Translations under genes and position numbers: made by a program
The notes under the pieces: generated by a model
What the model was told of the DNA's origin: nothing
The model's input: only the letters and a program-made list of their open reading frames with translations
Databases searched by the model: none
Assembly (NCBI GenBank): GCA_965659945.1
Contig: CBFHYJ010000003.1
Coordinates: 2,222-66,221, forward strand
Length of the DNA stretch: 64,000 nt
Origin: Sedimenticolaceae bacterium
GTDB lineage: Bacteria; Pseudomonadota; Gammaproteobacteria; Chromatiales; Chromatiaceae
Direction: 5' to 3'
In this document: positions 39,035 through 49,592 of the stretch, one piece after another
How positions within the stretch are numbered: position 1 is the first letter of the stretch
Layout: every line of letters starts with the position of its first letter

Positions 39035-39805
39035 ATGTCACTGAAAACACATGTTTTTCTTGGTTTAAGCCTATTTTGTAGTGCCGTTTTTGCTGCACCC
39101 GACTATGCGCGTGAGACGCGTATCGTGAATCAGATCGCCGATGCGATCATGGACGGTGAGATTGTGCAGCTAAATGATGGCGAGCGCGATTTCATGGGCA
39201 TCTTCACAGAAAACCAAGCCGATACACGCAAAGGTGCAGTATTGGTATTACATGGCAAAGGCGCGAATGCTGACTGGATGGACGTGGTGCAACCACTGCG
39301 CGTACGTTTGACCGAAGCAGGTTGGGACACGCTATCGCTGCAGTTACCGGTCGAATCGGCTGAAGCACCCGATAGCGCATGGCTGCCGTTGGTAGAACCT
39401 GCGGCACAACGTATCGCGACGGGCATTGTTGAGCTGGAAACCCGTGGTCACGATCGCATCATGGTGGTGTCGCATAGCTTTGGCTCACGCATGGCAGCGC
39501 ATTATTTAGCGCAAGGTGCGCCTCACACGGTAAAAGGTTATGTCTCGGTAGGTATGAGTTTGGATATGAAAAATCCTAACGATGCGAACCTCGGTAACCT
39601 GAGCAAGATTGATCTGCCAATGTTGGATCTGTTTGGTTCGCGCGATCTACCCGGCGTATTGCAAAGCAATGCACTGCGCGCAAAAGCGGCAAGTCATAAC
39701 AAAGGGTATTCGCAGCAAGAAGTTGCTAAGGCAGATCACTTCTTCGCCGGTCAAAGCGATGACCTGCTAGCGGCGGTGAATGCGTGGTTAGATGCGCAGC
39801 CTTAA
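39035..39805 (+). CDS. Secreted alpha/beta-hydrolase-fold protein
   Basis: 256 aa. Signal peptide VFLGLSLFCSAVFA/AP and nucleophile-elbow-like VVSHSFGSRMAA. The specific family is not recognised. Confidence 0.6.
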   Translation: MSLKTHVFLGLSLFCSAVFAAPDYARETRIVNQIADAIMDGEIVQLNDGERDFMGIFTENQADTRKGAVLVLHGKGANADWMDVVQPLRVRLTEAGWDTLSLQLPVESAEAPDSAWLPLVEPAAQRIATGIVELETRGHDRIMVVSHSFGSRMAAHYLAQGAPHTVKGYVSVGMSLDMKNPNDANLGNLSKIDLPMLDLFGSRDLPGVLQSNALRAKAASHNKGYSQQEVAKADHFFAGQSDDLLAAVNAWLDAQP

Positions 39806-40371
39806 CGCGAGATTTTGACAAACATGCCTTTATAGCCACCTTTCTTGAGTTGGCTTAACAGGCTATTCGCTTTCGACTGCCCAAGGACTGGGGTGGTCGA
39901 AACTCGATAACGCACGCCGTCATCCAATGACGCTTCACTGATGGTTGATTCAACACCCAACAAAGCCACCTCGGCTTGAATACGTTCGGCATGGGCACGT
40001 TTAGTTAATGAAGCGATCTGCACCACGAAACGTGAGGTCGCATCGGTATCGCGCGATGCACGAAGCTCAAACTTTTCATCAGGTACGACCACTTCACGCT
40101 GACTTAAGTCTTTAAAGAAGGTGAAGCGGGTTTCAGGTTTTTCAGGCTGGATCTTTTTTGGCGGACCAACCGGCTTAGCGACTTCGCGCGGTTTACGCTC
40201 AGGCTCAGCACCGACCCACTCTGGCGCATTCGCCGGTGGTTGCATCTTTAGCCAGAACAAACCCATCACAAACACACCCAACAAAAACGCGACCGCTGCC
40301 CAAACGAAGGGAGAGGATGTTTTTTTCGCCGGTGCGCGGCGAGGTGAGACGTGTTTGTAATCGCGTGGCAT
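39802..40371 (-). CDS. SPOR-domain (peptidoglycan-binding) membrane protein
   Basis: 189 aa. N-terminal TM FVWAAVAFLLGVFVMGLFWL, a Pro/Lys-rich linker and a C-terminal SPOR-like FVVQIASLTKRAHAERIQAEVALLG...YRV. It lies directly downstream of argS. Confidence 0.75.
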   Translation of the reverse strand: MPRDYKHVSPRRAPAKKTSSPFVWAAVAFLLGVFVMGLFWLKMQPPANAPEWVGAEPERKPREVAKPVGPPKKIQPEKPETRFTFFKDLSQREVVVPDEKFELRASRDTDATSRFVVQIASLTKRAHAERIQAEVALLGVESTISEASLDDGVRYRVSTTPVLGQSKANSLLSQLKKGGYKGMFVKISR

Positions 40372-40374
40372 GCC

Positions 40375-42135
40375 TTACATCTTTTCAGGTGCGCTGATAC
40401 CAATCAGTTTAAGACCATTTAGTAGCACTTGTCGTGTTGCGGTGATCAATTTTAAACGCGCATCGGTCAGATTGCTGTCATCCACCAAGAATTGATGTGC
40501 GTTGTAGTAACTGTGTAGCTCATTCGCCAGTTCACGCAGATAGTGCGTTAGCTGATGTGGCTCTGAATTGATTGCCGCATTTTGCAGCACCTCAGGATAA
40601 CGCGCCAAAGTTTTCATCAGACTTTGTTCGTGCGATTCACTGAGCAGCTCAAGGTTGGTATTGTCATCGCTAAGCTGCGTATTCACGCCCTTCTCACTCG
40701 CCTGACGGAATACCGAACAGATACGCGCATGTGCGTATTGCACGTAGTAAACCGGGTTCTCATTGGATTGTGAGCGTGCAAGGTCTAAATCGAAATCCAG
40801 ATGCTGTTCGCACTTGCGCATGATGTAGAAGAAACGTGCCGCATCGGTGCCGACATCTTTGCGTAGCTCGCGCAAGGTGACAAACTCACCTGAGCGGGTC
40901 GACATCTGTTTACGCTCACCACCTTCATACAAGATCGCAAACTGGACTAACAACACATCGAGTTGCTCTGAGTTGCCACCCATTGCTTGGATCGCTGCTT
41001 TCACACGAGGCACATAACCGTGGTGGTCAGCACCCCACACATCGATCACGCGATCGTAACCGCGCTCAAACTTTTCTAAGTGATACGCAATGTCAGATGC
41101 AAAGTACGTGGTCTGTCCGTTGTCACGCACTACCACGCGATCTTTTTCATCGCCAAAGTCAGTCGATTTAAACCACCAAGCGCCGCCCTTTTCATACAAG
41201 TGACCCGCAGCTTTTAACTTTTCGATAACCGCTTCAACTTTGCCTGACTCGACCAGTGAACGCTCGGAATACCAGTTCTCATAACGCACACCGAACAGGC
41301 CTAAGTCATCACGGATGTCATCCAAGATAACGTTCAAGCCAAGATCAAACACCTCGCGATAACCGTCTTTGCCAAGCAAGGCTTTCGCACGATCAATCAA
41401 GGCATCGATATGTTCTTCTTTATCACCACCCGCGGGTTCATCCGCAGGGATATTGGCGAACACTTCGCTGCTCGCAAAGCGAATCGCATCGCCTTTGTCG
41501 CGGTGTAAGGTCGCCGCGATATCCCATACATAGTCACCTTTGTAACCATTGCTTGGGAAGGTCAGCTCTTCGCCTGCTAGCTCGAGATAACGCAACCACA
41601 CCGAGGTGCCGAGGATGTCCATCTGACGACCGGCATCGTTAACGTAGTATTCACGATCCACATCAAAGCCAACCGCTTCGAGTAAATCAGCCACAACCGA
41701 ACCGTAAGCTGCACCGCGACCGTGGCCGACATGCAATGGGCCGGTTGGGTTTGCCGAGACAAACTCGACTTGCACTTTTTTCTGCTCGCCAATGCTTGAG
41801 CGGCCGAACTGCTCGCCTTCACTCAAGATGCGCTCAACGATCGCACTTTGTGCATCGCTTGCGACACGGAAGTTAATAAAGCCAGGACCCGCGATCGACA
41901 CTTCTGAAATGAAATCAGCGGCAGGAATGGCGGCGACTAATTGCTCAGCGAGCTGGCGAGGATTGATACCTGCCGCTTTGCTGTTGACCATCGCGGCATT
42001 GGTGGCGAAATCACCGTGCTCAGGATCACGCGCACGCTCGATCACTGGAGGTCGCACAGCATCCGCTGCCAAAACCCCTTGGTCGACTAACGATTGGAGC
42101 GCGCTTTCAACAAGTTGAGCAATTTCGGTTTTCAT
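40375..42135 (-). CDS. argS: Arginine--tRNA ligase
   Basis: 586 aa. Class I HIGH-type motif [15 protein letters not shown], a KMSK-like MSTRSGEF, and a C-terminal anticodon-binding domain ending in ...M. Confidence 0.97.
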   Translation of the reverse strand: MKTEIAQLVESALQSLVDQGVLAADAVRPPVIERARDPEHGDFATNAAMVNSKAAGINPRQLAEQLVAAIPAADFISEVSIAGPGFINFRVASDAQSAIVERILSEGEQFGRSSIGEQKKVQVEFVSANPTGPLHVGHGRGAAYGSVVADLLEAVGFDVDREYYVNDAGRQMDILGTSVWLRYLELAGEELTFPSNGYKGDYVWDIAATLHRDKGDAIRFASSEVFANIPADEPAGGDKEEHIDALIDRAKALLGKDGYREVFDLGLNVILDDIRDDLGLFGVRYENWYSERSLVESGKVEAVIEKLKAAGHLYEKGGAWWFKSTDFGDEKDRVVVRDNGQTTYFASDIAYHLEKFERGYDRVIDVWGADHHGYVPRVKAAIQAMGGNSEQLDVLLVQFAILYEGGERKQMSTRSGEFVTLRELRKDVGTDAARFFYIMRKCEQHLDFDLDLARSQSNENPVYYVQYAHARICSVFRQASEKGVNTQLSDDNTNLELLSESHEQSLMKTLARYPEVLQNAAINSEPHQLTHYLRELANELHSYYNAHQFLVDDSNLTDARLKLITATRQVLLNGLKLIGISAPEKM

Positions 42136-42201
42136 GGTGTTTCGCCTAAAAGAAGGGCGCGAAGCATAACAAACTGCCCATCTGACATCATTAGATAGTG
42201 A

Positions 42202-44403
42202 TCAAAAATGATCCGCGGGATCGACATCCAAGCTCCAACGCACCGAACGGGCGAGCTTGGTCTCAGCGAGATACACCTCAAGCTGTGACAAAAAGCTGTG
42301 CAGCGCTTCGCGCGAGCTCGATTGAATCAACAGATGGGCACGGTATCGCCCAATGCGACGCGTCATCGGTGCCGGCACCGGCCCCCAAAAGCTCACCGAC
42401 TCGTCGGTCTGCGCCTTGCCCCATTGGGTGACCTTAGTCAAAAACTGCATCGTCGGATCCATCTTATTCGCCTCAGCTCGCAGCAGCACTTGATGCGAGA
42501 TGGGCGGATAGTCCGCCTCGAGTCGTTCTTGCAGCGCCGCTTCGGCGAATGCTTCATAGCCTTGGTTAACCAGTGTCTGCAACAACAGATGATCGGGATA
42601 GCGCGTTTGAATCAGCACCCGACCTGGCAGCTCACCGCGTCCGGCACGACCCGCTACCTGCATCAGCAACTGCGCCATACGTTCGGTCGCGCGATAGTCA
42701 GCGCTAAACAATCCGCTATCCGCATCAAGCACCACCACCAAGGTCACCTTTGGAAAGTGATGTCCTTTAGCGAGCATCTGCGTACCAACCAAAATGGCCG
42801 CATCCGCTTGATGAACTGAAGCGAGTAGCTTTTCTAGTGCGCCACGCTTTGCTGCCGCATCACGATCCACGCGCACGAGTGGTATGTCTTTAAAGCGTGC
42901 CTGTAGTGACTGATCGAGCTGCTCAGTGCCTTGACCTAAAGGATGTAAATCCTGCTCATCACAGCTTGGGCATTTTTGCGGCAAGGCTTGCTGCGAGCCG
43001 CAGTGGTGACACCACAAACGATGTGCCGCTTGATGCACCGTTTGACGCGCATCACAACGCGGGCAATCGGATGTCCAACCACAGCTATAACAGGCCAGCA
43101 CAGGCGCAAAACCACGTCGGTTTAAAAACACCATCACTTGCTCGCCTTTGTTTAGCGTTGCTTGGATTTCATCAATCACTGGCAGCGCCAATCCGTTTTG
43201 AACTGGTTGATCACGCAGATCAACCAAATGCATTGACGGTGGTTTCGAACTACCTGCTCGTTGATTCAATAACAGACGCTGATAACGCCCCTGCTCAACA
43301 TTACGCAAGGATTCTAAAGAAGGTGTTGCAGAGCCTAATACCACCGGACATTTTGCTCGCGATGCACGCACCACGGCTAAGTCGCGCGCGGAATAACGGA
43401 AGCCTTCTTGTTGTTTAAACGAAGGGTCATGTTCTTCATCCACAACAATTAAGCCAAGCTCTGCCATTGGATTAAGAATCAATGAGCGTGTACCCAACAC
43501 GACACGCGCTAGACCTAAGCGAATGCGCTGCCAAGCGATCTCACGCTCGGTATCCTTCATGCCTGAGTGCATCAACAACACACCATCACCGAGACGTTCA
43601 GCAAAGCGTTGTTGCAGCTGTGGCGTGAGTGCGATCTCTGTCACCAAGATCATCACGTTTTTATCTTGCTTGAGCACTTGCTCTGCTAGTCGCAGATACA
43701 CCTCGGTTTTACCCGAGCCTGTCACGCCTTGTAATAAAAAGGCCGCGTACTGGTTTAGCTGTTGCGCAACCGCATCAACCGCGACTTGCTGTTCTTCATT
43801 TAGCTGATGTGGTGAGCTCTGGGGCACATACTCACTTTTGATCGGCGCGCTTTCTTTCAACACCAGATGCTGCGCATCAACCAATTTTTTTATCAATGCT
43901 GTGCCAGCGTGCTGTTTCAGTGTGGTTTGCTCAACGCCTTGATCACCGTATGCCGCAATCCACTCGACCAGCTCACGTTGCTTATGTGCACGCCCAAGCT
44001 GCTCCACAATGCTTTCGCACTCAGCGGATAAAAAGTAACGCTGCTCAGCTAAAGGCAGTGGCGCATTGACTTTGCGCAAGCGCAGCGGCAAGGCTGCCGT
44101 GATCACCTCGCCCAAGGGGTGATGGTAGTAACTGGCTGCCCAACGTAGAAAGGCCAGATGTGTTTGATCTAAAAGTGCTTCTGAATCAATCGGCGGCTCA
44201 ACATGTTTGAGCTTATCGCTAGCCACATCGGCACTTTGCACATGTTCCAACACCACGCCGAGCTTTTGCGTACGTCCAAACGGCACCAAAACACGCGCGC
44301 CCACCCGGTAAGCCGCTGCTGTGAAGCGCTGATCAGGCAGGTAATCAAAAGCTTTGGGCAATGGCACTGGAATGGCCACGCGCAAGTAAGTGGTTTGGGT
44401 CAT
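42202..44403 (-). CDS. priA: Primosomal replication restart helicase PriA
   Basis: 733 aa. Walker A GVTGSGKTEVY and DEEH box. The Cys-rich zinc region is CYSCGWTSDCPRCDARQTVH...LWCHHCG...CPSC. Confidence 0.95.
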   Translation of the reverse strand: MTQTTYLRVAIPVPLPKAFDYLPDQRFTAAAYRVGARVLVPFGRTQKLGVVLEHVQSADVASDKLKHVEPPIDSEALLDQTHLAFLRWAASYYHHPLGEVITAALPLRLRKVNAPLPLAEQRYFLSAECESIVEQLGRAHKQRELVEWIAAYGDQGVEQTTLKQHAGTALIKKLVDAQHLVLKESAPIKSEYVPQSSPHQLNEEQQVAVDAVAQQLNQYAAFLLQGVTGSGKTEVYLRLAEQVLKQDKNVMILVTEIALTPQLQQRFAERLGDGVLLMHSGMKDTEREIAWQRIRLGLARVVLGTRSLILNPMAELGLIVVDEEHDPSFKQQEGFRYSARDLAVVRASRAKCPVVLGSATPSLESLRNVEQGRYQRLLLNQRAGSSKPPSMHLVDLRDQPVQNGLALPVIDEIQATLNKGEQVMVFLNRRGFAPVLACYSCGWTSDCPRCDARQTVHQAAHRLWCHHCGSQQALPQKCPSCDEQDLHPLGQGTEQLDQSLQARFKDIPLVRVDRDAAAKRGALEKLLASVHQADAAILVGTQMLAKGHHFPKVTLVVVLDADSGLFSADYRATERMAQLLMQVAGRAGRGELPGRVLIQTRYPDHLLLQTLVNQGYEAFAEAALQERLEADYPPISHQVLLRAEANKMDPTMQFLTKVTQWGKAQTDESVSFWGPVPAPMTRRIGRYRAHLLIQSSSREALHSFLSQLEVYLAETKLARSVRWSLDVDPADHF

Positions 44404-44518
44404 GCGGGTATTGTACTGGTGCTGATCTGGACTCGCGGGGTTTTGTCAGCAAACTGTCATTTGAACTCTGCGCTCAGCTGTGACATAAACAGTTAAACCG
44501 AAAGTGAGGATGCCCATC

Positions 44519-45106
44519 ATGTCGGGGTTAAGACAACAATTGTTGAGAACCGACGCCTCCGGGATGCCACTTGAGTGGATCGACTACCGGCAGGCCGTCA
44601 AGCTACACAGCCTTGATATGGTTGCGTACGACCTCGGTGACCCCATCCTAACGATTCGTGGTGGTATCAATAACGAATCGCACCAAAGTAAAATCATCCT
44701 TCACTCAATCATCGCCACTCACGGCAACCATCAAAATCGCTACTGCCTCGACAAAGGCTACGCACCTCCCGTCTCTAACGAAGCCCTGTTTCAACGCGAT
44801 GACTTTCACTGCATGTATTGTGGTAATCAGTTCCACAAATCGCAGCTCTCGCGCGATCACATCATTCCCGTGAGCCAAGAAGGTGAAGACAGTTGGTCCA
44901 ACCTAATAACCTCGTGCACACGCTGTAATACGCATAAAGCCGGTCGCACACCTGAGCAAGCTGGCATGCAGTTACTCGCGATTCCTTTTATCCCGACCCA
45001 TGCGGAATATATTTTTCTTCAGGGTCGTAATGTTTTGGCCGATCAAATGGAATTCTTACGGGCACACTTCCCACGTACTAGCCCCTTGCGTGATCGACTG
45101 AGCTAA
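44519..45106 (+). CDS. HNH endonuclease-domain protein
   Basis: Track ORF 44504-45106. ATG 44519 has GAGGA 8 nt upstream. The HNH/zinc motif is CMYCG...SRDHIIPVSQEG..SWSNLITSCTRCNTHKAG. The N-terminal ~90 aa are unassigned. Confidence 0.8.
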   Translation: MSGLRQQLLRTDASGMPLEWIDYRQAVKLHSLDMVAYDLGDPILTIRGGINNESHQSKIILHSIIATHGNHQNRYCLDKGYAPPVSNEALFQRDDFHCMYCGNQFHKSQLSRDHIIPVSQEGEDSWSNLITSCTRCNTHKAGRTPEQAGMQLLAIPFIPTHAEYIFLQGRNVLADQMEFLRAHFPRTSPLRDRLS

Positions 45107-45111
45107 CCCTT

Positions 45112-45993
45112 ATGCGCCAAATCTGGCATGACATTGCCCACGCAATTGCAAAGGCAACGCATCAACCTTTTGTATCGATTGAGACCTCGCCGGTCGGTGG
45201 CGGCTGCATCAATGAGACGCATATTATGCACATGGACGGTCAGCATTGGTTCGTCAAACTGAACAACGTTGATAAGCTGGATATGTTTGAAGCTGAGATG
45301 GACGGCTTATCGATCTTAAACAGCGCACATGCCTTCCGCGTACCCGAGCCGTTAATTTGCGGCAGCACCGAAACCCATAGCTACCTGATCATGGAAGCGA
45401 TCACTGCAGGTAGCTCAGCTAAAGCCATGCGCTTAGCCGGCGAGCAATTAGCCGCATTACATCACTCGACTCAACCGCGCTTTGGCCATCAGCGCAATAA
45501 CTACATTGGCACTACCAAGCAGATCAATACTGTTGAATATGATTGGCTAAGCTTTTGGCGTGAGCATCGCTTGGGTTATCAATTAAAATTGGCGCAAGAA
45601 AATGGCATAGGCGGCGCCACTATGGCATTAGCAGATCAGCTCATCGATGCCTTACCGCACTTTCTGAATCATTCACCAAAAGCAGCATTGCTGCACGGTG
45701 ACTTATGGGGCGGCAATATGATGATCGACCATCACGGCATGCCAGTGATTTATGACCCTGCGATTTATTATGGCGATCGTGAAACGGATCTTGCGATGAC
45801 GCATCTTTTTAGTGGCTTTAGCGCGGATTTTTATGCTGTTTACCAAGCCAACTATCGCTTAAGTGAAGGCCATGAGGTGCGCCGCACTTTATACAACCTG
45901 TATCACATCTTGAATCATTTCAATTTATTTGGCGGCGGCTATGGGCAGCAAGCCAACAGCATGATGCAGCGATTGCTTAGTGAGGTGCGTTAA
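45112..45993 (+). CDS. Fructosamine/ketosamine-3-kinase family protein
   Basis: 293 aa. Kinase-fold motif ALLHGDLWGGNMM...DPAIYYGDRETDLAM is typical of the fructosamine kinase (YniA-like) family. Confidence 0.85.
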   Translation: MRQIWHDIAHAIAKATHQPFVSIETSPVGGGCINETHIMHMDGQHWFVKLNNVDKLDMFEAEMDGLSILNSAHAFRVPEPLICGSTETHSYLIMEAITAGSSAKAMRLAGEQLAALHHSTQPRFGHQRNNYIGTTKQINTVEYDWLSFWREHRLGYQLKLAQENGIGGATMALADQLIDALPHFLNHSPKAALLHGDLWGGNMMIDHHGMPVIYDPAIYYGDRETDLAMTHLFSGFSADFYAVYQANYRLSEGHEVRRTLYNLYHILNHFNLFGGGYGQQANSMMQRLLSEVR

Positions 45994-46955
45994 GCACAAC
46001 CAAACCAAAAGCTATCTGGCTTAGCTAAAAACTCATCAGCACTCATGTAATGGCTGCCATCACACGAGAAGGTTAGCCCCACCATGCCATTCACGATATT
46101 CAATGAACCCGAACGAAGATAGATCGTCTCATCGGCGTTACGCAGTTCAGCTAATCGTTTAAACACCTTGGCAACATGTTCTTTTGGCACGCTTGCATCA
46201 ACTGGGTATGACTTCTTAGGGTATGCCAGACATACCGCTGGGTTAATGATCTCATTGAGCACATGTAAACGATAACGATGCGGATCATCATAAAGCCACA
46301 AGGTGGCGCGACTGCTGCTGTAATGCAGCTTGGCATGAAAGATGCCGCGCTGCGTGATCAGATCCGTGAGGATGTCATTCACTTCATCGAGTCGCTGATC
46401 CATCGCGCTATTTACGCGCGCTTGTTGAAATAAATTCTGACGGATTGCCGGATCACCTTTGATCTGACGCCATGCTGATGGAACATCATCGACCTCATCT
46501 TGTGAGGTTGGCAACACCGACAGGTCATAGTCGGCTGCTACACAGCCAATAATTTTCCCTTCATCGTCTTTCACTTTATGCAGCGCTGTGACGCAAGGAC
46601 GACGATCGTTCTTATCGACATAGATAGGTGATAAAACAAACTCATCAGCTTGTGCAATATTCGCCATGTAAGGGCGCACAGAGAGCTCTTGTCCACGCTT
46701 ACTGGTATCGATTTGATCAATTGAAATATTGCTACTGAGCTGACGGCCGTCACAACCGACGGCATAAACCAGCTTACTGTTACCTGCATAGGCGATCGAA
46801 ACTTTAAGTAGCTTATCGAGTTGATCAATATCATCCCAGAGCGGGGAAGACACACTCGCCATGGGTGATAACAATGTCTTGAGGTATTTTGCTAACGCCT
46901 GCCGCTCACGCTCAATGCGTTGCTCTAAAGTAATGGTTTCTATCGCAGCGTTCAT
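45990..46955 (-). CDS. Soluble PDC/Cache-like sensor-fold protein without recognisable output domain
   Basis: 321 aa with no TM helix. The segment RPYMANIAQADEFVLSPIYVDKNDRRPCVTALHKVKDDEGKIIGCVAADYDLSVL has the spacing of Cache/PDC ligand-binding folds. The function call is tentative. Confidence 0.45.
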   Translation of the reverse strand: MNAAIETITLEQRIERERQALAKYLKTLLSPMASVSSPLWDDIDQLDKLLKVSIAYAGNSKLVYAVGCDGRQLSSNISIDQIDTSKRGQELSVRPYMANIAQADEFVLSPIYVDKNDRRPCVTALHKVKDDEGKIIGCVAADYDLSVLPTSQDEVDDVPSAWRQIKGDPAIRQNLFQQARVNSAMDQRLDEVNDILTDLITQRGIFHAKLHYSSSRATLWLYDDPHRYRLHVLNEIINPAVCLAYPKKSYPVDASVPKEHVAKVFKRLAELRNADETIYLRSGSLNIVNGMVGLTFSCDGSHYMSADEFLAKPDSFWFGCA

Positions 46956-47023
46956 AAAGCCTCCTCAGGCTTTTTAAGACTTGTGGTTATCAGTTTGTTT
47001 GTTACGACTTAAATCCTTAACGG

Positions 47024-47052
47024 TAAAAAAGGCGGATGCCGAAGCATCCGCC
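47024..47052 (-). terminator. Intrinsic terminator downstream of amtB
   Basis: 9-bp stem GGCGGATGC / GCATCCGCC (47031-47052) with loop CGAA. On the - strand it is followed by TTTTTT (complement of 47025-47030). Confidence 0.75.
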
Positions 47053-47083
47053 AAACCCTTCAATCGAGATAGAGGGACTAAAG

Positions 47084-48355
47084 TTAACCCTTGGTGAATT
47101 CTGGGTATGCTTCCATACCGCATTCAGCCAAGTCTGCACCTTCGTACTCTTCTTCTTCACTGATACGGATACCCATGATCATCTTGATCACCATCCAAAC
47201 AATAAAGCTAGCGACGAAGACCCAAGCGAAGATAGTGCCTGCACCAATCAACTGACCCATAAAGGTTGTACCTGAGTTAGTCAATGGCACTGCCAACAGA
47301 CCCCACAGACCAACCACGCCGTGTACTGAGATCGCACCCACTGGATCATCGATCTTCATCTTGTCGAGCAAGGTGATTGAGAACACAACAATCAGACCAC
47401 CAGCAGCACCAATCAAGGTAGCTTCAAGCGCTGTTGGGGTTGAAGGTTCTGCAGTGATCGCAACCAAGCCAGCCAATGCACCGTTAAGCGCCATAGTGAG
47501 GTCAGCTTTACCGAACAATGCGCGAGCTAAGATCAGTGCCGCAACCAAGCCACCTGCAGCAGCTGCGTTAGTGTTCAAGAACACCATAGCCACTGAGTTA
47601 GCGTTAGCGATATCGCCTAGCTTGAGTACTGAACCGCCATTGAAGCCGAACCAACCCATCCAAAGAATGAAAGTACCTAAGGTTGCGAGTGGTAGGTTTG
47701 CACCTGGAATCGCGCGAACTTCGCCGTTAGGACCGTACTTGCCTTTACGAGCACCCAGTAACAAGACACCTGCCAATGCTGCAGCCGCACCTGCCATGTG
47801 CACGATGCCTGAACCTGCGAAGTCAGAGAAGCCGTAGTCAGCGAGTGAGTACAAACCAAATACTGAGCCACCGCCCCATGTCCAGTTACCTTCCATAGGA
47901 TAGATAAAACCAGTCATGACGACTGCGAACAACAAGAATGCCCATAGCTTCATACGCTCAGCAACAGCACCTGAAACAATCGACATTGCCGTTGCAACGA
48001 AAACAACTTGGAAGAAGAAGTCAGATGCACTTGAGTACACTGCACCGCCACCAAAGCCATCTTCACGACCTGCCATATCTTTTAGCGCATCCGCAACGAG
48101 TGTTTCACCGCCTTCGATGCCATTCAGGAAGTAAGAACCGCCGTACATGATTGCGTAGCCCATCACCATGTACATGATGCAAGACACCGCAAACAATGCG
48201 ACGTTCTTTGTCAAAATTTCAGTTGTATTTTTAGAACGGACCAAACCGGCTTCTAACATTGAGAAGCCAGCAGCCATCCACATGACCAATGCGCCGCACA
48301 CCAAGAAGTAAAAGGTGTCCATTGCGTACTGGAGTTCGAAAATATTGTTTTCCAT
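47084..48355 (-). CDS. amtB: Ammonium transporter AmtB
   Basis: 423 aa, polytopic. Amt family motifs DFAGSGIVHMAGA and GAISVHGVVGLWG. It is adjacent to glnK. Confidence 0.95.
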   Translation of the reverse strand: MENNIFELQYAMDTFYFLVCGALVMWMAAGFSMLEAGLVRSKNTTEILTKNVALFAVSCIMYMVMGYAIMYGGSYFLNGIEGGETLVADALKDMAGREDGFGGGAVYSSASDFFFQVVFVATAMSIVSGAVAERMKLWAFLLFAVVMTGFIYPMEGNWTWGGGSVFGLYSLADYGFSDFAGSGIVHMAGAAAALAGVLLLGARKGKYGPNGEVRAIPGANLPLATLGTFILWMGWFGFNGGSVLKLGDIANANSVAMVFLNTNAAAAGGLVAALILARALFGKADLTMALNGALAGLVAITAEPSTPTALEATLIGAAGGLIVVFSITLLDKMKIDDPVGAISVHGVVGLWGLLAVPLTNSGTTFMGQLIGAGTIFAWVFVASFIVWMVIKMIMGIRISEEEEYEGADLAECGMEAYPEFTKG

Positions 48356-48380
48356 CTTTCGATCCTCTCGAAATTAATGC

Positions 48381-48764
<384 letters not shown>

Positions 48765-48782
48765 TCATTGCCGGCTATGCCG

Positions 48783-49457
48783 TTAGAAAGATTTGCTTAA
48801 AGAAACAAACAATTTAGGGTCATTGTCACCAGACTCTGCTTCAGCTTGTGAAACAGACATAGTCACATCAGCAAATCCTTCAACTGATTTACTCAAATCT
48901 AATTGAAAATGACCAAATGAAGTGTCAGATGCAGCAACCCCATCATCTTCAAAATCGTAATAACCCAAAGTGCCAGAAAGGCTCCAACCATCAGACAGCT
49001 CTCCGCCAGTTGATAAGTAGTAATAAGTATCGCCTTTAATGTATTGCTCGTTACCAGCTGCAGTTTCATCTACTCCTGAAACGGTATATGCAATGCCTGC
49101 AGTAACTCCGCCAAGTGTGTACGATCCATATACTTCAGAAAAGTCACTATTAGAGTGATCAGGGTAATAAAAATAAATTACGCCCAAGTCGTAATCATCA
49201 CTGGATACACCAGCATAAAAATCAACCTCTGTGCCAGTACCACTTGCAGCCCAATCAATGTTTGAAGCCCAAGTGCCAGCGTAAAAACCAGATTCATTTG
49301 TGTAATCCAGTCCACCCGAAACTGCTGCTTGATTATCTGTTTGGGTCATCCCGCGCCATACGTAGTTACTGGTAGCGCCAATGTTCGCTTCTAACGCCGC
49401 ATTCGCTGCACCTGAAATCATTAAACCCATTGCTAAAACTAAAGTTGTCTTTTTCAT
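48783..49457 (-). CDS. TorF/Gcw_chp-family putative outer-membrane porin
   Basis: Track ORF extends to 49505. ATG 49457 gives the signal peptide MKKTTLVLAMGLMISGAANA. SNYVWRGMTQTDNQAAVSGGLDY and a C-terminal ...SLSKSF beta-barrel end are present. It is the first gene after a sigma54-type promoter. Confidence 0.7.
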   Translation of the reverse strand: MKKTTLVLAMGLMISGAANAALEANIGATSNYVWRGMTQTDNQAAVSGGLDYTNESGFYAGTWASNIDWAASGTGTEVDFYAGVSSDDYDLGVIYFYYPDHSNSDFSEVYGSYTLGGVTAGIAYTVSGVDETAAGNEQYIKGDTYYYLSTGGELSDGWSLSGTLGYYDFEDDGVAASDTSFGHFQLDLSKSVEGFADVTMSVSQAEAESGDNDPKLFVSLSKSF

Positions 49458-49513
49458 TTTTAAATTCCTACTCAAAAAGTTGAATAAAGACCCGAGGGGG
49501 TACATAGAAACTA

Positions 49514-49530
49514 TTGCATCAAGCGTGCCA
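49514..49530 (-). promoter_or_regulatory. Sigma54 (-24/-12) promoter for porin-glnK-amtB
   Basis: The - strand reads TGGCACGCTTGATGCA, against consensus TGGCACG-N4-TTGCA. That is one mismatch with correct GG-N10-GC spacing. It lies ~60 nt upstream of ATG 49457. Confidence 0.6.
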
Positions 49531-49592
49531 CTTTTTATTTATCAATAAATTCAGTTACTTAAATTCTTATTGGATTTACAAGCTCATTCACC

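Noticed and set aside
42298-43418. Two 173-aa + strand ORFs inside priA
   Set aside because: The - strand frame carries the full set of PriA helicase and zinc-finger motifs. The antisense translations are R/H/Q/L-rich low-complexity strings with no start-site signals. They are typical shadow ORFs of a coding strand.
47361-47837. 158-aa + strand ORF antisense to amtB
   Set aside because: AmtB motifs are intact on the - strand. The antisense ORF is Ala/Pro/Ser-rich shadow sequence.
48783-49457. The porin gene looks more AT-rich than its neighbours; possible horizontal acquisition
   Set aside because: No mobile-element genes, repeats or tRNA flank it. It sits between the sigma54 promoter and glnK as an integral operon member. 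A beta-barrel composition rich in S/T/N/Y/G can explain the skew. I did not compute GC.
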